The translations under genes were made by a program, and so were the position numbers. From an uncultured Bacilli bacterium (GTDB lineage Bacteria > Bacillota_I > Bacilli_A > RF39 > UBA660): a stretch of DNA of 41,704 nucleotides. The notes under the pieces are model-generated. The model had not been told where the DNA came from. It saw only the letters and a program-made list of their open reading frames with translations, and made no database searches. Below, one piece after another: positions 1 through 8,509 of the stretch. The stretch is taken from the NCBI GenBank assembly GCA_947632275.1, contig CANROR010000001.1, forward strand, positions 1 to 41,704, read 5' to 3'. The number at the start of each line of letters is the position of its first letter. The stretch's first letter is position 1.

Positions 1-6
1 TTCGCA

Positions 7-603
7 CTATTTAGTATTTTTAAATAATAAATCTTTAGTTTTAAAATAATATTGACAACCCGAAATAATGGAAAAGATAGTGGCTAAAAATAGTAATAAT
101 TCGGCAAATGGGAAGTTAACTAATTCAAATGGTAAATTATAGAATAAAGTTAAGGCAATTCCAATTAACATAAATATTGTTTTAATTTTACCTAAAATAC
201 TGGCAGCTACTACTTTACCATGATTACCGGATACCATTTTCAAAGAATCAACGACAATATCTCTTGTAATTATTAAAACGGGAATAACTATCGAAATGGA
301 TCTTTCATAGGCCAGAATAACTAATAAGCCATTGACTAAGATTTTATCCGCGATAGCATCGGCAACTTTGCCAAAATCCGTTACAATATTATTCTTGCGG
401 GCTAAATAACCATCTAAGAAGTCCGAGAAAGCGGCAATTACAAAAATAATGCCCGCCACAATATATTTTAAGTTAACTAAAACACTACCTACCACATATT
501 CCGGCCATTCAATACCTAAAGCATACCATGGAATAAGTAAAATAAGTAAAACTATTACTCCTAAAATAATTCTGGTAATTGTAATTTTATTTGGTAAATT
601 CAT
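7..603 (-). CDS. pgsA: CDP-diacylglycerol--glycerol-3-phosphate 3-phosphatidyltransferase
   Basis: 198-aa polytopic membrane ORF carrying the CDP-alcohol phosphatidyltransferase motif DFLDGYLARKNNIVTDFGKVADAIADK (DG..AR...G...D...D). It lies directly downstream of a RodZ/YmfM-like gene, as in B. subtilis ymfM-pgsA. Confidence 0.9.
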   Translation of the reverse strand: MNLPNKITITRIILGVIVLLILLIPWYALGIEWPEYVVGSVLVNLKYIVAGIIFVIAAFSDFLDGYLARKNNIVTDFGKVADAIADKILVNGLLVILAYERSISIVIPVLIITRDIVVDSLKMVSGNHGKVVAASILGKIKTIFMLIGIALTLFYNLPFELVNFPFAELLLFLATIFSIISGCQYYFKTKDLLFKNTK

Positions 604-620
604 TTTATTACTCCCTATTA

Positions 621-1094
621 TTAATTTCTATAACTAATTTTATCGGTTTCTTGATTATTAATTGTAATTTGTCTAACTGACCAAAAGATTAAAGCCACAA
701 TAAATAAAAATAGCACAACATAAATGGCAATATAAACACCTTTATGATATTTTGCCGCCTTTTTCGTATAAGGTGAAGCTATTTCATCTTTTTTATCTTC
801 TTCTTTTAATTTTAATTCAATCGTTTTTTCAATTTCTTTAATCGGAATTTTCGAAGTATATTCAAACATATATTCATTAAATTCATCAATTATTTGTTTA
901 CTATCAAGTCCTAAATATTTTGCATATTCGGTTAAACAATTTTTAAGTTCAACAATATCTTTAAAAGCTCCTGTCCGGCCAGCTTCAATATTTTCTAAAA
1001 TTTCTTCTTTAATATTTAAATCTTTACTAACTTCCGAGATACTAACCCCCGAATTTTCTCTAGCTAGATGTAACATCTCGCCAATTTCGTTCAA
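621..1094 (-). CDS. RodZ/YmfM-like XRE-type HTH protein with a single C-terminal TM segment
   Basis: The N-terminus (LHLARENSGVSISEVSKDLNIKEEILENIEAGR) looks like an HTH_25/XRE helix-turn-helix, and one TM segment follows (VYIAIYVVLFLFIVALIFW). TTG start with AAGGAG 10 nt upstream. Its position upstream of pgsA matches B. subtilis ymfM. Confidence 0.6.
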   Translation of the reverse strand: MNEIGEMLHLARENSGVSISEVSKDLNIKEEILENIEAGRTGAFKDIVELKNCLTEYAKYLGLDSKQIIDEFNEYMFEYTSKIPIKEIEKTIELKLKEEDKKDEIASPYTKKAAKYHKGVYIAIYVVLFLFIVALIFWSVRQITINNQETDKISYRN

Positions 1095-1117
1095 AACTTT
1101 TTCACTCCTTTAAATAA

Positions 1118-1475
1118 TAAATAATTTTCTCATAAGCCATTTTCTGTCCTTTTAAAAAATTAAAAGGGGCAAATATTTATCTACCAATGCGGTCCTTTAC
1201 TTCATTCGTTTATCCGTAAAGACTCCCCTACCAAAATTTGGGTTTCTCGCTCGCGGGGTTTACCACGTTCCACCATCTATATTGCTATAGATGCTCGTCT
1301 CTTTGGCACTTTTAAACCTAATCTTTACCACAAGGGCAAATTTCGGAGCCGTTAGCTATAAGCTACCCTAAGTTATTTTTTCCTTAGGCACGAACACTAC
1401 TACCATCACAGGTAGTGCGAGTATGGACTTTCCTCTACATACTAATTTTATGTAGCATTTGCCTCAAAAATTATT
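1118..1475 (-). ncRNA. rnpB: RNase P RNA, type B (Bacillus-type)
   Basis: The minus-strand read contains GUAGAGGAAAGUCCAUACUCGCAC, GUAGUGUUCGUGCCUA, GAAAGUGCCAAAGAGACGA, GGUGGAACGUGGUAAACCCCGCGAGCGAGAAACCCAAAUUUUGGUAGGGGA and GGACAGAAAAUGGCUUAUGAG. These are the conserved P4 strands and blocks nearly identical to B. subtilis RNase P RNA as I recall it. The 5' AAUAAUUUUU can pair with the 3' GAAAAUUAUU (P1), and the P3-like hairpin is CUACAU...AUGUAG. No ORF is present. It is adjacent to gpsB as in B. subtilis. Ends are approximate to +/-10 nt. Confidence 0.93.
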
Positions 1476-1806
1476 CGTTATTTCCGTACACAATTTTTTC
1501 TAAATTGCTAATTCTTTTTAGAAGGTCAACATTATTAGAACTTCTAGTTGCAGATGCTGCCGTGGCTGCTGAGGTATTTACTTCTTCTTGAAGTCTTCTA
1601 ATTTCTTTTTTAAGTTTGGCATTATCATCCGTCAAATCCTTAATATCTTGTTCTAATTTTTTAATAATATTATTATATTCGGTATAGTCTCTGATTACCA
1701 TGTCCAAAAATTTATCAACTTCTTGCGGACGATATCCCCGCGCATCAATTTTAAATTCTTTTTCTAGTATCTCTTGAGGAGATAAATATAATCTATCACT
1801 ATACAC
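1471..1806 (-). CDS. gpsB: Cell-cycle/divisome adaptor GpsB (DivIVA-domain protein)
   Basis: The N-terminal DivIVA domain (LSPQEILEKEFKIDARGYRPQEVDKFLDMVIRDY) closely resembles B. subtilis GpsB and is followed by a coiled coil. The ORF track starts at GTG 1815, but that GTG sits inside the SD GAAGGTGG (1819-1812). GTG at 1806 lies 5 nt after the SD and fits the promoter at 1829-1857, so I place the start at 1806. Confidence 0.85.
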   Translation of the reverse strand: MYSDRLYLSPQEILEKEFKIDARGYRPQEVDKFLDMVIRDYTEYNNIIKKLEQDIKDLTDDNAKLKKEIRRLQEEVNTSAATAASATRSSNNVDLLKRISNLEKIVYGNNE

Positions 1807-1828
1807 AATTTCCACCTTCTATGACAAA

Positions 1829-1857
1829 ATTATAGTCTTTATCTCATTTTTTGTCAA
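1829..1857 (-). promoter_or_regulatory. Consensus sigma-A promoter for gpsB (and possibly rnpB)
   Basis: The minus strand reads TTGACA-17 nt-TATAAT (-35 at 1857-1852, -10 at 1834-1829), a perfect consensus with optimal spacing. The predicted TSS is near 1822, just upstream of the gpsB SD. Confidence 0.65.
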
Positions 1858-2007
1858 CCTTATTGCTTATTTGGCTAAAAATCTCATTTTCCGTCTCTAA
1901 TAACCTTTCTAAAACTTCATTAATTAAACAATCCAAGCGCATAATCTTCACCTGTTTCCTATTTTAACTAATATTTATTGCAATTGCATTAGTTTCGACA
2001 AAAGGTC

Positions 2008-3783
2008 CTAAAATTTTTGCAAAGTTTCCCGTTTTTTCTTTAGTTTTTTGCGATTTATTAGCACAATAATTAATAAAAGTAAGATGGTAGTAAAACTTAT
2101 AGTATATTGGGGTTTTAAAATTTCTTCTAAAAAGCTTTCATTTGAACCTAACCAATTAAAGAAAGAAATGGCAATTGGTAAAACTTGCATAATCGTAAGA
2201 AGTAAAACAATTCCATTTAAGATTTTACTTTCACGATTAGAATCTTGAACATCCCTTAAATTAACAATATGTTCCAAAAATTTTTGATTGGTATAATAAT
2301 CATCTAAGATTTTTTCGGTTTCAAAAGCTTTATGAATCGTCGAAGATAAATTTTGCACCGCTTCATATTTAAAAACATCTTTACTCCAAAATTTAATGGT
2401 TTTCCCAAATTCGCGATAAAGGCTTTCAATAAAGGAAATATTCACTGAACCGCTTTTCGATAATTGTTCGACAATTTTATTATTAGTTCGTAAAATAGAA
2501 GCACTTTGAAACATAATAAGTTCCATAATAAATAAAATAGGCGCTTCATCCATAATATTGGTCATTAAATTATCATCAAAGGTATGTAAAACATAAATTA
2601 CGGCATCGCGGGAAGCATATAATTCATAAAAATCATATTGGGCTAAATTATTATGACATATTTCTTTAAATTCTTTAGAATCTAATTTATAATCTACTCT
2701 TTTACTATTAAAGCTTTCGCTAGCTATCATATATTCAAATTCTAAAGAATTCTTTGGCATATTTGAAATACTTAACAAAACTTTCGCATTGCCACATCTT
2801 TTTAAATTGTAATTTACTTTCATATATTCATCTAAAGGAACTAAATTATCATTATTATCATAGATAAATAAATTATTCGTGGTTACTTGATCTTGAATTT
2901 GAGTTGGCGAATATTCATTACTTAAATTCATTAAAGTTAAAATATGAATACCTGTTGGATTATGCGAAGTTAAAAACAAATAAATTTCTTCTTTATCTTT
3001 AACATTACCATCATATTCATCATCTAAACAGGCTAAATTATTTTTACCTAAGAAAACTCTTTTAATATTTTCCGTGACATTATTATTACATTCATAAGTT
3101 GCATTGTCATCTAAACTTTTAATAAATTCAGTCGCTAAATCATCTTTTTCTTGATCTTTAATGTTAATTGGGCGCATGGCATAATAAGGAACCATAATAT
3201 ACATATCACTTTTATAAGTTTTTTTATAATCATTATCGGTATCTAATCTAACCTTTTCACTAGCATATAATTTATAACCGCCTTGATAAGTTTTTTGTTC
3301 TTTAAAGTTTAAATATTTTAATATTTTTTCGCCATCACTAGATACGGCCGTCGCATAAACTTTATTAATATGAAAGTTAGTCTTAATTTTTTCGTTAATA
3401 AAATTCACAAATTCACTGGTTAATAGTTTAATGGCTTCACGATCGCGATAATCGGGATGAATAACCGCGGAAATAATATATAAATCATGGCTAGTTCCTT
3501 CCGTGTATTCTAAAATATCATCGGGTAAAATATTATCATCTTGCATTTCTTCGCCTTCCAGCATTTTGGCTTCTAGGGCTTTGGAAATTGGGAAAAAGCA
3601 AATATAACCGACAATCTTCGTTCCATCCATAATTAAAAGATACGAATCTTTATTTTTTTTAAAACGATTATTCACGGACTTGTAGCTTCCTTGCATATCC
3701 GCATCATATACTAAAGCATCCAGTTTTAAAACTTCGTTAATAAAATCTTTTTTAATATTTTTCGACCTAACTATTTTTAACAT
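2008..3783 (-). CDS. GNAT-type N-acetyltransferase domain fused to an uncharacterised ~300-aa domain and a C-terminal two-TM (CorA-like) hairpin
   Basis: 591-aa ORF with AAGGAG 7 nt before the ATG.
- Residues ~1-170 look like a GNAT fold (LLIMDGTKIVGYICFFP..., LYIISAVIHPDYRDREAIKLLTSEF..., ATAVSSDGEKILKYLNF).
- The C-terminus has two TM helices, LNGIVLLLTIMQVLPIAISFFNWLGSN and ISFTTILLLLIIVLI, followed by a basic tail NRKKLKKKR.
- This arrangement is reminiscent of CorA TM1-GMN-loop-TM2-basic tail, with GSN in place of GMN.
- The middle domain is not recognised. Confidence 0.5.
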   Translation of the reverse strand: MLKIVRSKNIKKDFINEVLKLDALVYDADMQGSYKSVNNRFKKNKDSYLLIMDGTKIVGYICFFPISKALEAKMLEGEEMQDDNILPDDILEYTEGTSHDLYIISAVIHPDYRDREAIKLLTSEFVNFINEKIKTNFHINKVYATAVSSDGEKILKYLNFKEQKTYQGGYKLYASEKVRLDTDNDYKKTYKSDMYIMVPYYAMRPINIKDQEKDDLATEFIKSLDDNATYECNNNVTENIKRVFLGKNNLACLDDEYDGNVKDKEEIYLFLTSHNPTGIHILTLMNLSNEYSPTQIQDQVTTNNLFIYDNNDNLVPLDEYMKVNYNLKRCGNAKVLLSISNMPKNSLEFEYMIASESFNSKRVDYKLDSKEFKEICHNNLAQYDFYELYASRDAVIYVLHTFDDNLMTNIMDEAPILFIMELIMFQSASILRTNNKIVEQLSKSGSVNISFIESLYREFGKTIKFWSKDVFKYEAVQNLSSTIHKAFETEKILDDYYTNQKFLEHIVNLRDVQDSNRESKILNGIVLLLTIMQVLPIAISFFNWLGSNESFLEEILKPQYTISFTTILLLLIIVLINRKKLKKKRETLQKF

Positions 3784-3903
3784 AAACCTTCTCCTTCGTT
3801 TTCCTATTATACCATGAACTAAAATAATTTAAATTAGCTTTTTTAGAAAGATTATTATTTTCTCAAAAGTAAATATATGCTATAATTTAAATGGTGATGG
3901 TTT

Positions 3904-4470
3904 TTGTTTTATCCAAATAATATTAAGAAAACATATACAACGAAAAACACTCACGCTAATCGCGGAATGGATTTAGAATATTTAATCGAAATAACAAATG
4001 AATATTATCTTGACCACGATATAGCCTACATTTATAAAAAACCGACACCAATTGGCATCGTTAAAGTTAATTATAGTTTAAAGAAAATTGAAGAAGCCTA
4101 TTTTCAAAAAGCTTCGACCCTCGATTATAATGGCTTATACAATGGTTACTATATTGAATTTGATGCCAAGGAAACGAAAAAGAAAAATTATTTTCCTTTA
4201 GCCAATGTACATCCCCATCAAATACAACATATTCGTAATATTATTAAAGGAAAAGGCATCGTTTTTTTACTCATTATGATTAATGATGAATATTATGTCT
4301 TAAATGGTCAAGATTTCATTGCCTTTGTCGATGCCGATACGCGAAAAAGTATACCTTATGAATATATTAAGACTAAAGGTTATGAATTAAAATATAATTT
4401 TAATAAAGGATTAGATTATTTAAAGGTTATAGATAAATTAATAGGAGATGGAATTTATGAAAAAAATTAA
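3904..4470 (+). CDS. recU: Holliday junction resolvase RecU
   Basis: The N-terminus (FYPNN...ANRGMDLEYLIEITNEYY) matches the RecU signature (B. subtilis MIRYPNGK...SNRGMTLEDDLNETNKYY). TTG start. It overlaps and precedes ponA, as in the Bacillus recU-ponA operon. Confidence 0.85.
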   Translation: MFYPNNIKKTYTTKNTHANRGMDLEYLIEITNEYYLDHDIAYIYKKPTPIGIVKVNYSLKKIEEAYFQKASTLDYNGLYNGYYIEFDAKETKKKNYFPLANVHPHQIQHIRNIIKGKGIVFLLIMINDEYYVLNGQDFIAFVDADTRKSIPYEYIKTKGYELKYNFNKGLDYLKVIDKLIGDGIYEKN

Positions 4471-7042
4471 GTTAACCAAGAATTCGGTAAAAAAAGCAGA
4501 AGGAACTGATAAACCAAAGAAAAAATTAAAAGTTAAATCAGGAGTTTGGGCCACTTTACTAGTCATTGGGATTGGGGGCGTTACCTTAGTTTTAGTTTTT
4601 GCTTTATATATTATTATTACGGCACCCGAATTTAATCGCGATAAGTTATATTCAAAAGAAGCGACCGTTATTTATTATGCCGATGGCAGTGAAATGACCC
4701 GTTATGGGGACCGAAACCGGGTTTTAGTTACCTATGATGACCTACCTCAAGTTTTAATTGATGCGATTGTGGCCACCGAAGACTCAAGATTTTTCCAACA
4801 TACTGGTTTAGATGTGGCGCGGTTTGCTAAAGCGATAATGGGCCAACTAGTCGGTAATGATAAAGCTGGTGGAGCCTCAACCATTTCCATGCAAGTAATT
4901 AAACAAGATTATACTTCGAGTGAAAAGGAAGGACTTGAAGGAATCATTCGGAAATTTACCGATATTTATATGTCTATTTTTAAACTCGAAAGTAATTATA
5001 CGAAAGAAGAAATCATGGAATTCTATGTTAATACCATGTGGTTTTCAACCCAAAATAATATTTATATCGAAGGCGGGATTGCCGGGGTTGAACAAGCTAG
5101 CCAATATTTCTTTGGTAAAAGCGTTTCCGATCTTAACCTAGCCGAAGCTTCGGTTTTAGCCGGCATGTTCCAAAATCCGGTCCAATATGATCCTTATAAA
5201 AAGGTAGAAAATACGACCAAAAGACAAAATACCGTTTTAACTTTAATGGTTCAACATGGTTATATTACGGAACAAGAAAAAGAAGATGCCCAAAAGATTT
5301 CAATTTCTTCTCTACTCGTTGATCACAGTCAAGATAGTGGTAATTCCGCCACGGCCAATAAAGCCATCATTGATTATGTAATTAGTGAAGTTACAAGTGA
5401 AACGAAAGATAATCCTTATTCTGTTCCCATGAAAATTTATACAACGATTAATCCTAAAGTTCAAAATGTTTTAAATAATCTCGAAATCGGAGAAATTTAT
5501 AAATGGAAAAAAGATGAATTAGAAGAAGGTATTGCCATTACTTCCACCGAAGATGGTTCCATTGTGGCTTTATCCGGCGGACGCAAATATAATGATGGGG
5601 CGCATGGTACCAACCATGCGACGGGCATCAAAAGACAACCCGGATCAACTGCGAAAATATTATTTGATTACGGTCCTTATTTAGAAGTCTTTAAAGATGC
5701 TTCGCCTTATACATTATTCTTAGATGCTCCGCATACTTATTCTAATGGAAGGCCAATTCACAATGCTAATTCGGGTAGTTATTCAGGACTTGTTTCCATG
5801 CGAACAGCCTTAGTAAATTCCTTAAATATTCCTGCCCTACGTGCTTTTCAAGCCGTTAATAAAGAAGATCCTGAATTTATTGGTAATTTTGTTCATTCTT
5901 TAGGTATTGATTATGGTGATACTTTATTTGAAGCTTCAGCTATTGGTGGTTTTGATGGAGTTTCGCCTTTACAAATGAGTGCCGCTTATGCCGCTTATGG
6001 ACGAGGTGGTTACTACATTGAACCTTATATTTTCACTAAAGTTGAATATATTGAAACTGGCAAAACCTATGAACATAAATATGAAAAGAAACAAGTAATG
6101 AGTGAAGAAACAGCCTATATGATCACAGATATGTTAATTAGCGCGGCCAAAAGTGGTGTTGGTGGGGTTTCGGTAAGTGGCACGGATATCGCGGCCAAAT
6201 CCGGAACTAACAACTTAGATTCGAAAACTATTCAAGATAAAAAAATTCCCGTTTCTAAAGCCAATAGTGATGCTTGGAATATAACTTATGATCCCGAATA
6301 TTGTATTGCTTTATGGATTGGTTTTGATAGTGTCTCTAAAACTCAATATTTAACTTCTAATACTGGTGGAGCTTGGCGTAAAGAAATAATGCGCGAAGTC
6401 GGCAAAAGAGTTTATTCAAAAAACAAAAAATTTTCTTATCCCTCGAGCCTTATATCGGTAACTGTTGAAAAAGAAACCTTCCCTGCTCAACTAGCAAGTA
6501 ACTATACCCCAAGTGATATGAAAACCACCGAATACTTTCGCGAAGGTGCTCAACCGCAAGAAGTATCAAGTCGTTACGATAAACTAGAAAATCCAACAAA
6601 TGGCAATGGTAATTTCAATGGGACAAGCGTCACCTTAACTTGGAACGCCATTAAAACCCCAGATGCTATTAATCCTGCTTATTTGACGGAACATTTTAAC
6701 ACTTATTATGATGAGCATGCTAATGAATATTATCAAAAGCGAATTGCTTACAATAATACTTATATTGGTACTCTGGGATATCAAATATATCGAAAAGAAC
6801 TTGATAATACATTAACCTATCTTGGTCGAACCGAAGCAACTAGTTTTATTGATAATTCTCCTCAACCTGGAACTAATAATTATGTTATTAAATCAACTTA
6901 TTCGCGCTTTACCGCCAATGCTAGTGATGGTTTAAATATTAGTGTTAATGCTAATATTGAGACTAATGTTAATGACTTGGTTAATTCCTCCCAAACAACT
7001 GACGATGGTACTAGCGATAACAATAATGATTTAAATCCATAA
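4457..7042 (+). CDS. ponA: Bifunctional class A penicillin-binding protein (glycosyltransferase GT51 + transpeptidase), PBP1A-like
   Basis: - N-terminal TM anchor.
- GT51 motifs: EDSRFFQHTGLD, GASTISMQVIK, RKFTDIYMS.
- Transpeptidase motifs: S-x-x-K (GSTAKIL), S-x-N (NSLNIPA), K-S/T-G (AKSGTNN).
- Long C-terminal extension.
- The ATG at 4457 is 9 nt after AGGAG. The track start at 4448 abuts the SD and is less likely. Confidence 0.92.
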   Translation: MKKIKLTKNSVKKAEGTDKPKKKLKVKSGVWATLLVIGIGGVTLVLVFALYIIITAPEFNRDKLYSKEATVIYYADGSEMTRYGDRNRVLVTYDDLPQVLIDAIVATEDSRFFQHTGLDVARFAKAIMGQLVGNDKAGGASTISMQVIKQDYTSSEKEGLEGIIRKFTDIYMSIFKLESNYTKEEIMEFYVNTMWFSTQNNIYIEGGIAGVEQASQYFFGKSVSDLNLAEASVLAGMFQNPVQYDPYKKVENTTKRQNTVLTLMVQHGYITEQEKEDAQKISISSLLVDHSQDSGNSATANKAIIDYVISEVTSETKDNPYSVPMKIYTTINPKVQNVLNNLEIGEIYKWKKDELEEGIAITSTEDGSIVALSGGRKYNDGAHGTNHATGIKRQPGSTAKILFDYGPYLEVFKDASPYTLFLDAPHTYSNGRPIHNANSGSYSGLVSMRTALVNSLNIPALRAFQAVNKEDPEFIGNFVHSLGIDYGDTLFEASAIGGFDGVSPLQMSAAYAAYGRGGYYIEPYIFTKVEYIETGKTYEHKYEKKQVMSEETAYMITDMLISAAKSGVGGVSVSGTDIAAKSGTNNLDSKTIQDKKIPVSKANSDAWNITYDPEYCIALWIGFDSVSKTQYLTSNTGGAWRKEIMREVGKRVYSKNKKFSYPSSLISVTVEKETFPAQLASNYTPSDMKTTEYFREGAQPQEVSSRYDKLENPTNGNGNFNGTSVTLTWNAIKTPDAINPAYLTEHFNTYYDEHANEYYQKRIAYNNTYIGTLGYQIYRKELDNTLTYLGRTEATSFIDNSPQPGTNNYVIKSTYSRFTANASDGLNISVNANIETNVNDLVNSSQTTDDGTSDNNNDLNP

Positions 7043-7071
7043 GCTTTCAATAATTGAAAGCTTTTTCTTTT
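7041..7071 (+). terminator. Rho-independent terminator of recU-ponA
   Basis: AAGCTTTCAA-taa-TTGAAAGCTT is a perfect 10-bp stem overlapping the ponA stop codon and is followed by TTTCTTTT. Confidence 0.8.
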
Positions 7072-7105
7072 AAAAAATATCCCTATCAAAAGAAAAAAAA
7101 TATTT

Positions 7106-7143
7106 ATAAAAAAACTATAATGTATCTTCGTTTTCATTATAGT
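7106..7143 (-). terminator. Rho-independent terminator after the SPFH gene
   Basis: The minus strand forms ACTATAATG...CATTATAGT (9-bp AT-rich stem, 13-nt loop) followed by a U run (plus-strand A run 7108-7114). It lies 9 nt past the stop at 7152. Confidence 0.55.
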
Positions 7144-7151
7144 TTTAAAAT

Positions 7152-8048
7152 TTAATTTTTTTTATGATCATCTTTCATTGATTCTTTTAAAGTTGTTCCA
7201 AAAGTAACAATGTTTTGTAAATCTGCAGGAACAATAATCTTTGTTGATTTGCCATTAGCAACTTTGCCTAATGTCTCATAGCTTTTTAGTTTTAAAACGG
7301 CTTCATCTGCTTTGGCATCTTTAAGCATCTTAATGCCTTCGGCTTCGGCTTGTTTTATCTTCAATAAAGCTTGGGCTTCCCCTTCGGCAATCTTAATATT
7401 ACTTTCTTTTTGAGCTTCGGCCCGAAGAATAGCGCTTTCCTTCTCCCCTTCGGCAATCAAAATACTACTTTTCTTTTCCCCTTCGGCTTGGAGAATTTTT
7501 TCTCTTCTTTCCCTTTCAGCGCGCATTTGTTTTTCCATCGCTTCCTGAATATCCCGAGGTGGTAAAATATTTTTTACTTCGACTCGATTAACTTTAATGC
7601 CCCAAGGATCAGTTGCTTCATCTAAGATTGCGCGCATTTTCGTATTGATAATATCGCGACTCGTTAACGTTTGGTCAAGTTCTAATTCCCCAATGATATT
7701 CCGTAAAGTTGTCGCCGTTAAGTTTTCAATCGCACTCACAGGATACTCAATTCCATAAGTGTAAAGTTTCGGATCGGTTATAGAATAATAAACGACCGTA
7801 TCAATTTGCATTGTAACATTATCCTTTGTTATAACAGGTTGTGGTGCAAAATCTTTAACCACTTCTTTTAAAGTTACCTTATTAGCGATTGAATCAATAA
7901 AAGGTATTTTAAAATGCAAGCCATTTTGCCAAGTAGCATAATATGAGCCTAAACGTTCAATAACATAACTTTTAGCTTGCGGCACAATTTTAACACAAGG
8001 TATAAATATTACTAAGATTATGATTAATAAAACTACCAAAAATTCCAT
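7152..8048 (-). CDS. SPFH/band-7 (stomatin/prohibitin-like, QmcA/YqfA-type) membrane protein
   Basis: N-terminal TM segment, then an SPFH core (VIERLGSY..., PQPVITKDNVTMQIDTVVYYSITDP, ELDQTLTSRDIIN) and a C-terminal A/E/K-rich coiled coil. It lies immediately downstream of an NfeD gene, the classic pairing. Confidence 0.88.
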   Translation of the reverse strand: MEFLVVLLIIILVIFIPCVKIVPQAKSYVIERLGSYYATWQNGLHFKIPFIDSIANKVTLKEVVKDFAPQPVITKDNVTMQIDTVVYYSITDPKLYTYGIEYPVSAIENLTATTLRNIIGELELDQTLTSRDIINTKMRAILDEATDPWGIKVNRVEVKNILPPRDIQEAMEKQMRAERERREKILQAEGEKKSSILIAEGEKESAILRAEAQKESNIKIAEGEAQALLKIKQAEAEGIKMLKDAKADEAVLKLKSYETLGKVANGKSTKIIVPADLQNIVTFGTTLKESMKDDHKKN

Positions 8049-8471
8049 CTATTTTCCCTCCTTTCTCACAATTAATTTGACGCCATCGATAGCTTCAATA
8101 TAAACTTCATCATCAACTTTGATTGTTTCTTTGGCGATCGCGGACCATCTTTTACCATCAACTTTTACCTCCCCAATTTTATTCTTTTTTATTTCTTCGG
8201 TGCAAATTCCAATCATTCCGACAACTCGATCTAAATTGGTTTTTACATTCCGTGGTTTAAGATATTTTTTTATTAATGGTTTAGTAATTAACATTAAAAT
8301 AATTCCCAAGATAACAAAGATTCCCATTTCGAAAAAAGCATTATCATAAATAAAAGAAACGATTAAACTAACTAAACCACTCGCAATAAACCAAATAGAT
8401 ACTAAATTAGTTGTACTTATTTCTAAGATAGTTAAAAAGATAATCATTATTAACCAAAATTCCCAAGACAT
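8049..8471 (-). CDS. NfeD-family membrane protein
   Basis: 140 aa with three N-terminal TM segments plus a C-terminal OB-like NfeD domain (GEVKVDGKRWSAIA...VDDEVYIEAIDGVKLIV). Its stop abuts the SPFH start. Confidence 0.85.
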   Translation of the reverse strand: MSWEFWLIMIIFLTILEISTTNLVSIWFIASGLVSLIVSFIYDNAFFEMGIFVILGIILMLITKPLIKKYLKPRNVKTNLDRVVGMIGICTEEIKKNKIGEVKVDGKRWSAIAKETIKVDDEVYIEAIDGVKLIVRKEGK

Positions 8472-8509
8472 TTCATCACTTCCTAATTAAATTATATTAC
8501 TTTTTCCCT

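Noticed and set aside
1979-1988. Perfect 10-nt palindrome TGCAATTGCA, 20 nt downstream of the GNAT-fusion gene stop, as a possible operator or terminator.
   Set aside because: It is a single short palindrome in AT-rich DNA with no loop and no U run, and no second half-site or repeat lies nearby. The evidence is insufficient for a regulatory call.
3881-3886. TGCTATAAT extended -10 upstream of recU as its promoter.
   Set aside because: The predicted TSS (~3893) would fall on the recU SD (GGTGATGG) only ~10 nt before the TTG start, and the -35 is poor. It is plausible but too uncertain to list as a feature.
6898-7137. 79-aa minus-strand ORF from the track spanning the ponA 3' end and the intergenic region.
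   Set aside because: It is antisense to the well-supported ponA C-terminus, runs through two terminator hairpins and has no SD. It is a typical AT-rich spurious frame.
7371-7565. 64-aa plus-strand ORF with a repetitive FPFG/LPFG sequence.
   Set aside because: It is the antisense reading of the A/E/K-rich coiled-coil repeats of the SPFH protein. The repetitiveness mirrors that coding repeat.
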